Positions 49,790 through 59,288 of a stretch of 64,000 nucleotides of DNA are shown one piece after another. Both the position numbers and the translations under genes were made by a program. The notes under the pieces are model-generated. The model had not been told where the DNA came from. It did not search any database and saw nothing but the letters and a program-made list of their open reading frames with translations. The stretch is from Candidatus Spongiisociaceae bacterium (lineage in GTDB: Bacteria > Actinomycetota > Acidimicrobiia > Spongiisociales > Spongiisociaceae). The stretch spans positions 1,952,001-2,016,000 of the forward strand of contig OZ253564.1 of NCBI GenBank assembly GCA_965262915.1, in the 5' to 3' direction. Numbering within the stretch: position 1 is the first letter of the stretch; each line of letters opens with the position of its first letter.

Positions 49790-51157
49790 TCAGTCGCGCG
49801 GAGCCGAGCCGATATACGTGCCCGTCGGATTGTCGCCCGTCGCATCGCCTACACGGACCGCAACAACACCGCGTCGCACGACGTCACGAGGGAAGCCGCT
49901 GGAAGACAGCGACTCGTACAGCGAGTAGTCGGCCTTGCCGTGCAGGTTCTCCGGGACGATGGGCCTTGAGGGCGCTTCCTTTGGTATCACGACGAGGTCC
50001 GCATCAGAGCCGACGCGAATGGCACCCTTGCTCGGGTAGATATTGTGAACCTTCGCCGCGTTGGTGGCGGTGAGGCGGGCGACGTCCTCGATCGAGATAC
50101 GTCCCGCTTCGAACCCCAGGCTGTAGATGAGAGGGAGCATGGGCTCCACTCCCCCGATGCCACCGTATGTGGCGTCGAGTATGTCGTCGGTTGCCAGCTT
50201 GACTTTCGTCGACTTCGGCGAGTGGTCGCTGCTGATGTGACTCAGCAATCCTTCCTCGGTCACCGCCCAGATCGCGGCAATGTCCGCTTCCTCCTTGAGC
50301 GGCGGGCCCACCTTGCCGAGCGGTCCCCTTGCAAGTACCTCCGCATTGGTGAGAGCCAGGTAGTGAGGCTGTGTCTCGCTCTCGATCCGGGCTCCGTAGG
50401 GACCCGCTTTGAGTTGGCGCAGCATAGCGGCGCCCTCCTTTGAGGTGAGATGGACGAAAAGGAGCCGTGTGCCGGTGAGCCCGGCGAAGGTTGCGGCGCG
50501 GAACATCCCCTCGGCCTCGAACACACCCGGCTGAGCCCGGAGGAGGCTTCCGTTGTCGACACCGCGCCGCCGCTCGATGCTCTCGAGGTAGTCGATACCG
50601 CCACCGTTCTCCGCGTGGATCATCGTGAGGCCGCCGACATCCGCCACTGTCGCCATCATGCGCATCAGATGCTCGTCGTCGAACATCAGTCCCTTCTTGT
50701 TGTAGGCGACCATCGCCTTGTAGGACATCACACGGATGTCGGCACCACCCCTGACGGCCCCCTCGATGTCGTCACCGGGCAGAAGCAGGCCATTCATGAA
50801 GAAGTCACTATGTGCCTCGGCATTGCCGTAGTCGATGAGACTGCGCATCACCGCGACGATGTCCTTCTGCGGCGTGCGCTGTACGAACACACCCAGAGTG
50901 GTCACGCCGCCCATGAGCCCGGAAGCGCTAGCGTCGACGAGGTCGTCGAGGATCGGCTCCATCGTCGAGTAGCCCTCCAGAGATACGTGAATGTGCGGAT
51001 CGATGGCCCCCGGCAGAACCCAGCAGTCCGTGGCGTCGAGAAGAACGTCGCCGTCGAAACCGTCTCCGATTCTGACGATGACGCCGTCGGAGATCGCGAT
51101 ATCGCCTTCGACGACGCCGTTCTCGGTAACGATGCTGCCGCCGCGCACGAGTGTCAT
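49790..51157 (-). CDS. Second dihydropyrimidinase/hydantoinase-like amidohydrolase
   Basis: PGAIDPHIH, SYK, IHAENG, FVHLT, SSDH and KGAIRVGSDAD. Confidence 0.88.
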   Translation of the reverse strand: MTLVRGGSIVTENGVVEGDIAISDGVIVRIGDGFDGDVLLDATDCWVLPGAIDPHIHVSLEGYSTMEPILDDLVDASASGLMGGVTTLGVFVQRTPQKDIVAVMRSLIDYGNAEAHSDFFMNGLLLPGDDIEGAVRGGADIRVMSYKAMVAYNKKGLMFDDEHLMRMMATVADVGGLTMIHAENGGGIDYLESIERRRGVDNGSLLRAQPGVFEAEGMFRAATFAGLTGTRLLFVHLTSKEGAAMLRQLKAGPYGARIESETQPHYLALTNAEVLARGPLGKVGPPLKEEADIAAIWAVTEEGLLSHISSDHSPKSTKVKLATDDILDATYGGIGGVEPMLPLIYSLGFEAGRISIEDVARLTATNAAKVHNIYPSKGAIRVGSDADLVVIPKEAPSRPIVPENLHGKADYSLYESLSSSGFPRDVVRRGVVAVRVGDATGDNPTGTYIGSAPRD

Positions 51158-51429
51158 GAGTCCCTCCGGATGAGTCGACCTGTGGATTCGGATGCCAAGT
51201 AGGTGTGCCCGTCGGTGTCCGTCAGTCGGCACCCGTCAGCGCTCGTGGCTTGGTAGGGATGTGGCCAGAAGTACAACCGGGTGCGGCTGTTGCAGCCGGG
51301 TAGAACGTCGACCACCCGGCCCTGGAGTTTCCCGGACCTCGGGCGCGCTCCTGCGTATTCGAGGTGCACCGACTCGATTGCTGCACGGGGCACGCGCTCG
51401 GCGAAGAGCGATTCGGAAGCGACGACCAT
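51154..51429 (-). pseudogene. Truncated class III aminotransferase (N-terminus only)
   Basis: EYAGARPRS...LPGCNSRTRLYFWPHP...DTDGHTYL aligns by eye with the N-terminus of 47242-48624. Confidence 0.75.
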
Positions 51430-51433
51430 AGCT

Positions 51434-52477
51434 TCAAACCTCTTTCAGAGCCGGGATGACCTCGTCGTCGAGAAGCTTCAGCGATGCCAGGGTCATCTCG
51501 GCCGGCATCCCGCTCCAATGGCTACGGAAAAGAAAGTGGTCGACACCGAGTTCGGTTCGCCAGGGCCGCAGCTGAGCGATGCAGTCGTCCGGTGTGCCCA
51601 GGATGAATCGGTCCTTCTCGAGCTCCTCGACAGGGATCTTGAACGACTCGTTCCCGGGGAGAGCCTTGTCCTGGCCCCAATCGGCGTACACCCGGTACTT
51701 TTTCGACAGGTACGGGTAGGCCATACGGGTCGCCTCCTCACGCGTCGGAGCGCAGAACACCTCACGGATCAGCGGCAGTTCGGAGACGGGCGGCAATCCG
51801 GCGCTAACCCGCTCGACCCGGAACATCTCCAGCTGGTTTGCGATCGTGTCCACCGTGGCGTGCGGGTTGATCATCCACGAATCGGACAGGCGGGCGGCGC
51901 GGCGTACCGCAGCGTGGGCGTTTGCTGCGATCCATATGGGAGGGCGCGGTCGCTGGATCGGCGGCATTGTGAGCTGCGCATCGTCGAGCCGGCACCAGGG
52001 CAGGTTCGCGGTCACCCGCTCGCCCATGAGCAGTCGGGTTGCGATATCCAGATTGCGGGTGAACCGCTCCACCCGGTTGCCGCGGTCGACTGCGAATGCG
52101 TTGTTCTCCACGTCGCGGTAACCCAAACCGACGCCGAACACGAAGCGGCCTCCGGTGGTGACGTCGAGGCTGGCGACCAGCTCGGCCGCGTCGACCGGGT
52201 TGTAAAGGGCGATCAGCAGGACGCCGAGACCCACTGCCATGTCGTCGGACTCGGCCGCCATGCGTGCCAGGAACGGGATCGGCTGCGGCATTGCCATACC
52301 CTCCGGCAGATAGTGCTGGCCGGCGAACACCGAATCCCAGCCGGCGTCCCTGGCGAAGCGGAACGTGTCAAGCTGGCCCTCTTGGCCTGCGATGACATCG
52401 GATTCGGGCGGATGCTGGTTGGTGAGGAACAGCCCAAACCTCACCGGCTTATCGTGGCCGCGTCCAGGGGTGATCAT
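51434..52477 (-). CDS. LLM-class oxidoreductase
   Basis: GWDSVFAGQH, AELVASLD, GVGLGYR and QRPRPPIWIAA. Confidence 0.88.
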   Translation of the reverse strand: MITPGRGHDKPVRFGLFLTNQHPPESDVIAGQEGQLDTFRFARDAGWDSVFAGQHYLPEGMAMPQPIPFLARMAAESDDMAVGLGVLLIALYNPVDAAELVASLDVTTGGRFVFGVGLGYRDVENNAFAVDRGNRVERFTRNLDIATRLLMGERVTANLPWCRLDDAQLTMPPIQRPRPPIWIAANAHAAVRRAARLSDSWMINPHATVDTIANQLEMFRVERVSAGLPPVSELPLIREVFCAPTREEATRMAYPYLSKKYRVYADWGQDKALPGNESFKIPVEELEKDRFILGTPDDCIAQLRPWRTELGVDHFLFRSHWSGMPAEMTLASLKLLDDEVIPALKEV

Positions 52478-52483
52478 CTTTCC

Positions 52484-52710
52484 TCAGTTCTTGAAGCGCA
52501 GACCGATGGTCTCCGCGATCGTGGCGCGCTTTACCTCGTCGCTTCCATCCGGAATCCGCAGATTGCGAGCGATCTGTAAGAGCCTGTTGATATCGATATT
52601 CATCATCACGCCCCGCGTCGTCGAATCCGAAGTGCTGTGTCCGGGATTCGATGAAGCGTTTCATCGTTGACGAGCTTCATCGTGCAGACCTCGCGGATTT
52701 CCCTCTTCGG
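52484..52710 (-). pseudogene. Second acyl-CoA dehydrogenase C-terminal remnant
   Basis: MKLVNDETLHRIPDTALRI, frameshift, GVMMNIDINRLLQIARNLRIPDGSDEVKRATIA. Confidence 0.7.
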
Positions 52711-53040
52711 GCCTCGGCGTTTTCCACCACGGCCCGAGTCGTTCATGACCGACGTGACGGCAACGGACACGAATCTAACCGGATGCTAGTGCGCATGGAT
52801 GTCGGCGGATCATCGAATGAATGGCCCTGGTTGGCAGCCAGCCGCTTGTACCGATGATGCACCCGTATGCCCGCTTGGTCGCCTTGTCGATGAGGTTCTT
52901 GCCCAAGCGTGCGCACATTCCGCGCGGCGCATACGCGTCCAGAAGATTGACGGACGGTATCGCGATTCTGAACCCTTGGCTGCGCTCATCCATGGTGGGT
53001 AATCGGTCTCGCTGTTGTATCCACACTCGCTTCCGGCCGG

Positions 53041-53988
53041 TCACGTCGCCGCGGCCGAGGCGCGTGGCGCGGCCACAGTCTCGTACAGCATTGTGAACTG
53101 CTCGACTGCCTCCTCCGGTCGGCCGCCGTACAAGAAAATGAGGTGACGGACACCGGCCGCGGCGTATGCCTCGACACGCTCCCCAACCTCTTCCGGGTTC
53201 CCGGCGAGACACAACGTCTCGATGAGGCCAGCGGAAAAGTCGCTGTGGTAGCGCTTGCTCAAATGAATGCGCAGATCCTCGCGCGCTTCGTCACCGTCGG
53301 GCCCGACCCTGGTTGGGATCATCATCGCCGGAGTAATAGCGTGCGGATCTCGTCCGGCATCGATCGCGTGACCGCGGACTTTGGCGAGGTGCTTCGCGTA
53401 GCGGTCGGGCGAGACCATGTATCCCATCCAGCCGTCGGTCAGTTTTCCCGCCCTTGCCAGAACTGCATCAGCTCGTCCCCCAACCCAGATTGGAGGTCCA
53501 CCCGGAGTCACCGGCAGAGGGTTCAGCCCTACATCGTTGAAGTCGGAGAATCTGCCGTGGAAGCTCGCCTCCGGCACATCCCAGAGCGCCCGGAGCACCC
53601 GGATGCCCTCGTCGGTCCGTGCGCCCCGCTCGTGGCGGGCCACGCCCACCATTTCGAAATCTTTCTGGCTGTCACCGCCGACGCCCAGCCCGCAGATGAG
53701 CCTGCCCCCGCACAGATAGTCGAGTGTTGCCATTTGCTTGGCCACAAGGGCCGCGGGCCGCAACGGCAGCAACAGGACTCCGGTGCCGATCGTGATCGTT
53801 GTCGTGTAGCCGGCGAAGGCCGATACTGCGACGGTACCTTCCAGGACCGGGTTGCCGAACGAGAGGTGGTCACCGCACCAGAGCGAGTCGTAGCCAAGCT
53901 CTTCGGCTGCTGCCGCGATGTCGCGGAACACCCCCGGGTCGGGCAGGCCTTCGGGCATCTGCCCGCTTGCCATGACTCCGAATTTCAC
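53041..53988 (-). CDS. LLM-class oxidoreductase (TIGR03619-like)
   Basis: GYDSLWCGDH, AKQMATLD, RGARTDE and GPPIWVGG. Confidence 0.88.
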   Translation of the reverse strand: MKFGVMASGQMPEGLPDPGVFRDIAAAAEELGYDSLWCGDHLSFGNPVLEGTVAVSAFAGYTTTITIGTGVLLLPLRPAALVAKQMATLDYLCGGRLICGLGVGGDSQKDFEMVGVARHERGARTDEGIRVLRALWDVPEASFHGRFSDFNDVGLNPLPVTPGGPPIWVGGRADAVLARAGKLTDGWMGYMVSPDRYAKHLAKVRGHAIDAGRDPHAITPAMMIPTRVGPDGDEAREDLRIHLSKRYHSDFSAGLIETLCLAGNPEEVGERVEAYAAAGVRHLIFLYGGRPEEAVEQFTMLYETVAAPRASAAAT

Positions 53989-54007
53989 GCAAGACTCGAC
54001 TTGGCGG

Positions 54008-55390
54008 TCAACCGGTATCGGTAGCGAGCATCGAGATGAGTTCGGGGAAGCTCGAAGCGCTCCCGAGGCCGGCGACGGCTGTGGCAATCGCGTCCTGGCG
54101 TTGCACCGAGTACACAGGCCCGGTGATGTCGTCGAACTTTGTCCTGAGTTCCCCGGGTGAGAGCGGATTCGTGGGGTCGCCCTTCGGGTCGTCGATCTCT
54201 GCCCTCAGCGTGCGGCCGTCGGTCGTGATCACCTCGGCCCAACTTCTCCATTGATGAGGGTAGGTGAGATCGAGGTCCGTGTCTATGACACGATCTGTGG
54301 CATCCATCAAGCGGTGCATCTCGGGGTCATCGAAGCGCGACTCGTCGTATTGCGCCAGCGATGCCCGCCCTTCGGTGAGCGCCACCGCGACCCCATACGG
54401 CATCGAGAACTGGGCATCGACGACGGTAGACGGACGGCGTTTTGCCTCGATCGGCTGCCAGACGATGTCCTCAGCGACGCTCAGCAGCCCGATCTTGATC
54501 CCGGCAACATCATCGCTGCTGAGGTCGTAGTTGGAACGGAGTTCCAAGAGAGCATCGATCGGGCCCTGCTTGTAGCGGCAACAGGTGTGTGCCTTGATAC
54601 TGGTGTTCTGCACCTCAAGCGGCCGATCGCCCCAGCCGGCGAGGATCTCCTTGGGGTTCGGATCGTCTGAGTATCCGGCCAGGAATCCACGCTCTCCACC
54701 GATTCCGTCGTCGGTTCCCTTGAACCCGTGTCGAGCCATCAACGCCGCTTCCACACCGTTGCGGGCAGCCTGAGCGGGATGGAGACGCTTGGTCCACGCG
54801 CCGTCGAGAAGGAACTGCATGCTGCCGGCTGCCATCGTTGCCGCTATGCCGAGAGCAGAAACCGTCTCATCGACACCCAGTCCGAGTATCGAGGCGGCCG
54901 TAGCGGCCGCTCCGAAATGGCCGGTAGTACCGGTGGGGTGGAAGTGGCGCCGGTAGTGAGCGAGTGGTTTGGCGGCGCGGCCGATCCGGCACATCACCTC
55001 GTAGCCGACGATGACGCCGAGCAGAAAGCGCTGTGCATCCGCATCAGAGAGCTGCGCTGCCGCGATAGCCGCCGGGAACACGGCAACGCCGGGATGACTC
55101 GAGGCAGCGTTGTGCACGTCGTCATATTCGATGGAGTGAGCGGCGACCGCGTTGGCCATGGCCGCGTGGAGAGGATTCGCGGTGAGGCTCGTTCCGATGA
55201 TCGGGGCGCCGCCCGGGGTCGACGACACCGCGAAGGATTGCATTGCCCGTCCCGAGTCGGTAGTTGCACCGTTGGCCGCGACGCCGAGATGGTCGAGAAG
55301 GAGTTCTCGGGTCGCCTCCAGATCGCGGTCTGTGAGTTCCGAATAGGTCAACTCCCAGACCCGCTCGACAAGGTCCCTCGTCAGCGACAT
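54008..55390 (-). CDS. MmgE/PrpD family protein
   Basis: HSIEYDDVH, HPG, GYEV, FHPTG, AQFSMPY and PKGDP. Confidence 0.92.
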   Translation of the reverse strand: MSLTRDLVERVWELTYSELTDRDLEATRELLLDHLGVAANGATTDSGRAMQSFAVSSTPGGAPIIGTSLTANPLHAAMANAVAAHSIEYDDVHNAASSHPGVAVFPAAIAAAQLSDADAQRFLLGVIVGYEVMCRIGRAAKPLAHYRRHFHPTGTTGHFGAAATAASILGLGVDETVSALGIAATMAAGSMQFLLDGAWTKRLHPAQAARNGVEAALMARHGFKGTDDGIGGERGFLAGYSDDPNPKEILAGWGDRPLEVQNTSIKAHTCCRYKQGPIDALLELRSNYDLSSDDVAGIKIGLLSVAEDIVWQPIEAKRRPSTVVDAQFSMPYGVAVALTEGRASLAQYDESRFDDPEMHRLMDATDRVIDTDLDLTYPHQWRSWAEVITTDGRTLRAEIDDPKGDPTNPLSPGELRTKFDDITGPVYSVQRQDAIATAVAGLGSASSFPELISMLATDTG

Positions 55391-55830
55391 TCAACCCTCC
55401 GATTGTTACCCGGTGAAAAAGTCTGACAAAGGATACCGCCACCCTTAAGAATCCGAAAGAGGAGATCGGTGATGTTGTCTCGCTGATCGGCGAACGGTGC
55501 GTAGTACTGATCGGTGGCAAGCTCTGGCTGCCCGATCGTTGCTGGGAGACAAGTCCCTCGAACCTTCGCTAGTTCGGAGATGTCGCGTAGTGCATTCGGT
55601 ATAGCTTTGGTTGTTGCGGAGCGCCCCGGTGGCGGGTCTCACGGGTCCGAATCCCACTCCCACCACGGGCCGGTCAGCGGTATCGATCAGCACGTTCGTC
55701 ACACTAACACCTCGCAGGTGCAGTTGCTCGGACATGAGATCAGACACTGAGGCCTCCCTGGATCGGCGTCTTGGCTATTCGCCGATTCCAGCTGGGCCTC
55801 ACCCCCTTTCCAGGGATGCTCCTACGGTTG

Positions 55831-57060
55831 TCAAGTCGGTGACGGGGCGGGTTGGTGGGTTAGGAGCCAGTTGTGGTATTGGCTGGCGAGTTGGTGGTTG
55901 TGGTCTCGGCCGTGTTCGAGTTCTGAGATGCGGGCGGTGTGGGTTCGGAGGGCTTGGGCGGCTTGGGTGATGGTGATGCCGCCTTGTTGGCGCTGGTTGC
56001 GTAGGCGGGCGCAGTTCGGGGTTGGTGGCGGGTTGGTGAGTAGTCGGTAGATCTGTGGGGCGATGTGGCGTTTGAGGCAGCGGATGATCTCTTTTCGGTT
56101 CTTGCCTTCTCCCTGGCGTCTGGTCACATATTCTTTGGTGGCAGCGTCGGTACGTATCCGGGTGGTAGCGCATCGGCCACAGCGCTGTTGGCTTGGCGGT
56201 TGCCGCCCCGGTTGAGACGATGCCGTATGGTCTGTCCTGATGATGCCTGGACAGGGCTGGTGCCGCACAGCGCCGCGAAGGACGCTTCTGTTTTCATTCG
56301 CCCGGGGTTGTCGCCGGCGGCGACCAGCAGAGCGGCGGCTGTGTCAGGGCCCACACCGGTGGCGGCCAACAACGCCGGGTTCGCCCGGGCGCAGAGACGG
56401 CGGATGTCTCTCTCGAGTTGGGTGATCTCAGCGTTGAGGGTTTGGTATCGGCGGGCCAGGTGGCGTAGAGCCTTCTTCGCGTACGCGGCTGTGGTCTGTG
56501 CTTGGCCGGGACGCCAGCGGGCACAAACCGCTACTCGTGCTCTGAGGTTGAGGCCCTTGAGCTGGTGTTTTACCGGCTCTGGGGCACCAACGATCACAGA
56601 ATGGATCTGGTTAGCCGCCTGGGTGCGGGCCTTGGTCGCCCAGCGGCGGGCCACCAACAGCATCCGCAGGGCACTCAACCGGCCCATCACCAGATTTGGG
56701 AACCGCCGCCGCCTCCCCGCTAGCAGCCGCCCGGGCTGGTGCCTCGGCGTCGACGCTGTCAGACTTGCCGCCCTTCTGGCGGCGTAGTTGCCGGTTGGGG
56801 CGGTTCACCTCCACCACCTCGATGTCGGCTGCGGTCAGATAGCGAGCCAGGCCGGCGCCGTAGCTGCCTGTCCCTTCCATCCCGACCCGAACCAGCCGAC
56901 CCTGCGACCCGAACCAGGCGACCATACGCCGATACCCGGATGCCTCCGCGGAGAACGACTCCCACCCCAACAGCCGACCAGCGCTATCCACCAACGCCCC
57001 CACATGCGTATCCCGATGGGTGTCAACCCCACCGAAAACAACAACCCCATCTTCTGACAC
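55831..57060 (-). pseudogene. IS110 recombinase with C-terminal HTH, two frameshifts
   Basis: GVDTH, MEGTGSYG, KSDSVDA (DEDD), CGTSPVQASSG, RCLKR; split over ORFs 56611-57060, 56124-56690 and 55831-56268. Confidence 0.88.
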
Positions 57061-57099
57061 GACCCACCTCCCCGTGGACTACCGTCTTTCCAAATGGGG

Positions 57100-57330
57100 T
57101 TCCGGCCAAAAACGGCAGACAATACACTCACGGTGCTGGCAAGCTAAAGCTCCTACAAGGTCATGTCCGCTTCGAGCCAAAACCCTCCCCCCGGACCGGG
57201 GACAGGCCGACAGATCCTTGGAAAGGCGCTCCACACGCCAGATTTCACCGGGGTCAGACCCGCCCCCGGTCCAACCGGGCCACCCATGCGCAGTGGCCGC
57301 CAAAGAACCGGACACCACCCATGGGACACC
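57100..57330 (-). ncRNA. Putative bridge RNA of IS110 element 2 (boundaries approximate)
   Basis: Four guide segments at 57241-57249, 57214-57226, 57149-57156 and 57125-57130 match target and donor sequences in the expected orientations. Confidence 0.8.
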
Positions 57331-57623
57331 ACCCATTATGAGTGATTTCACCCCACCAACCCCACACTTCTGCGCAGCCTCAGAAAGCGCAGGCTTTGGA
57401 TAGCTGTCTGAGCTTGGGTGAATGGCCGGAGGGCTGGAGTCGGTTATGACTTCTGGTGTCAACAGCGACCAGGTAGGGCCGGATAGCTACAGGTATCGTG
57501 AAAGCCAACCGCTCACTCCCAAGGTTCTTCCGGCTGGAGCCCCGCGGTCGCACTCCACGGATTCTGTGGGATACAGGGTGGGACGAACACTCCGGAAATG
57601 ACTCTCTATCGGGACCTTTAACC

Positions 57624-58999
57624 GGCTCATCGGAATTCAGTGGGGAGTGACGGTCGCCGGCAGGTCCCAGTTCGGTGTTCCGGCGTGGAGGAGTGCCCGT
57701 ATTCGGTAGTTGGCGAAGTTGGGTAACCCGAACGCGCTCCGTTTGATGCGTTTGATGAGGTTGTTGAGGGCTTCGGTGGGTCTGTTGGTGACTCGGGACT
57801 GGTGCCAGTTGGTGATCTGAGTGGACCATCGGGCGATGACACGGCCGAGGCGGTTGATCTCGGGGGGCATGATTGGTCTCCGAGGTCGGTGGCGAGCTGG
57901 TTGGTGTATCCGACGGCGAGGGTCAGGAAGTCGACAGTGTAGATGCCTCGGACGGTTTCGGTGACGTGCCACCCCAGGCGGACTTCCCGTGGGGGTCGCC
58001 GGTTTCGAGGAGTCCGAGGAGTCGTGTTCGGCCGCGGTCGCTGATGCGTTCATGCGCTTTGGTGAGTCGGCGTGCTCCGTAGAGGGGATCGCGTTTGCGT
58101 CCTCGATAGCCCAGGGTTTCGTTCTGGACGCGTCGTCTGACCTCGTCGAGGCGATGGTTAGCGAGGCGCACGACGTGGAACGGGTCGGCGACCTGGCGGG
58201 CGGGGGGCAGCACCCGGTCGTAGGCAACGTGATAGGCGCCTGACATGTCCAACACTGCCCAGCGGACACCCGCAAGCCACTCGGTAGGCTGGGCCCGAAA
58301 CCAGGCGGCGTCACTGTCAGTTGTTCTACCACCGACTATGTCGGACAACTGTCGGCCGCCGACATCGACAACAGGCGTGCACCACTGCTTGGTATGCCAC
58401 CGTCCCCGTCGCCGGAACAACGTCTCGTCCACCCCCACAGCCTCCACCGCTCCGAACCGATCCTTGTCCGCTTCGAGCAGTGCTTCCCCCCAGCGTGCGG
58501 CCTCCTTGTTGACCGTATGCCACCCACAGCCCAACTCCGCGGCAACATCGTGGGTCGTCCGTCCCAGCCGACCGACCCCGATGGTCACCCACCTCCCGGC
58601 CCGAGAGGTCAACAACCCCCGTTCCGAGCAATCTGAGGGTCTTGTTCCACAAACGACCCAACACCACACGACTCATCCGGACATACCCAGCGGCGTTTCC
58701 GCCAACCGAGCCGTACCGGTCGGCCGAACGCCGGGAGGTCCACCAACACCACCGTCCGCTCCCCCTTGGACCACACCGGCCCGCCACAACCTTCACACAC
58801 CGGCCGGGCCCTACGGCTACGGATCACCACCCCCAGCGGCCCCTCTCCCGTGTAGTCGATACCTACCACTCAACCTTGCCCAGGCCACCAGCCGCTCGCA
58901 CATGTGCGCAGGGATCAGCTTCCACAGGGGGTCCTCCTGCCTCGGATGCGATTGCTGAACTCCGACTACGGAGGACCCCTCCTCACTTCCGGTAGATCA
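57624..58999 (-). mobile_element. ISL3-family element with frameshifted transposase (57637-58925)
   Basis: CEGC zinc finger, VGVDE, DMSGAY, DPFHVV, NRPTEALNNLIKRIKRSAFG; GGCTC-type terminal IR at 57624-57646. Confidence 0.85.
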
Positions 59000-59069
59000 C
59001 CGAGTCCCCACTCATTTCCGAAGAGCTAGATAACTTCGGCCTTGCCCACCTTGAGCGCCGCGGCGACAG

Positions 59070-59288
59070 GTGGGCCCTAAAGGGGACAGCCTCGCGCTGT
59101 ACCTGCGACGACATAGCTGGGCATTTGGATACACCTGCGTGGTCAACGACCGGGTCCGATACATCTCGGCAGGTGACAGGATCGATCTTCTTCTCCCCCG
59201 TATCCTTGGAGGATTCCGCAATCTGATTGAGTTGAAGAGACCGGATAAGAGAATACTCGTACGGGATAGATCGACCGCGCCGGTCTAG
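59070..59288 (+). pseudogene. Fragment of a PD-(D/E)XK nuclease resembling Shedu/DUF4263
   Basis: SWAFG...RIDLLL...NLIELKRP pattern; truncated on both sides. Confidence 0.45.

Larger units (their letters stand above)
55815..57346 (-). mobile_element. IS110-family element 2, full length, ends defined by an ATC core
   Basis: GAT at 55815-55817 and 57344-57346; TTGACA near right end, CATAAT near left end; internal guide matches to both ends and both flanks. Confidence 0.88.

Noticed and set aside
55445-55747. Possible IclR C-terminal remnant (GVSVTNVLIDTADRPVVGVG..GP)
   Set aside because: Similarity too weak to support by eye; no HTH seen
55831-57060. Programmed frameshifting in the IS110 transposase
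   Set aside because: Two separate shifts with no slippery heptamer; decay or assembly error is more likely
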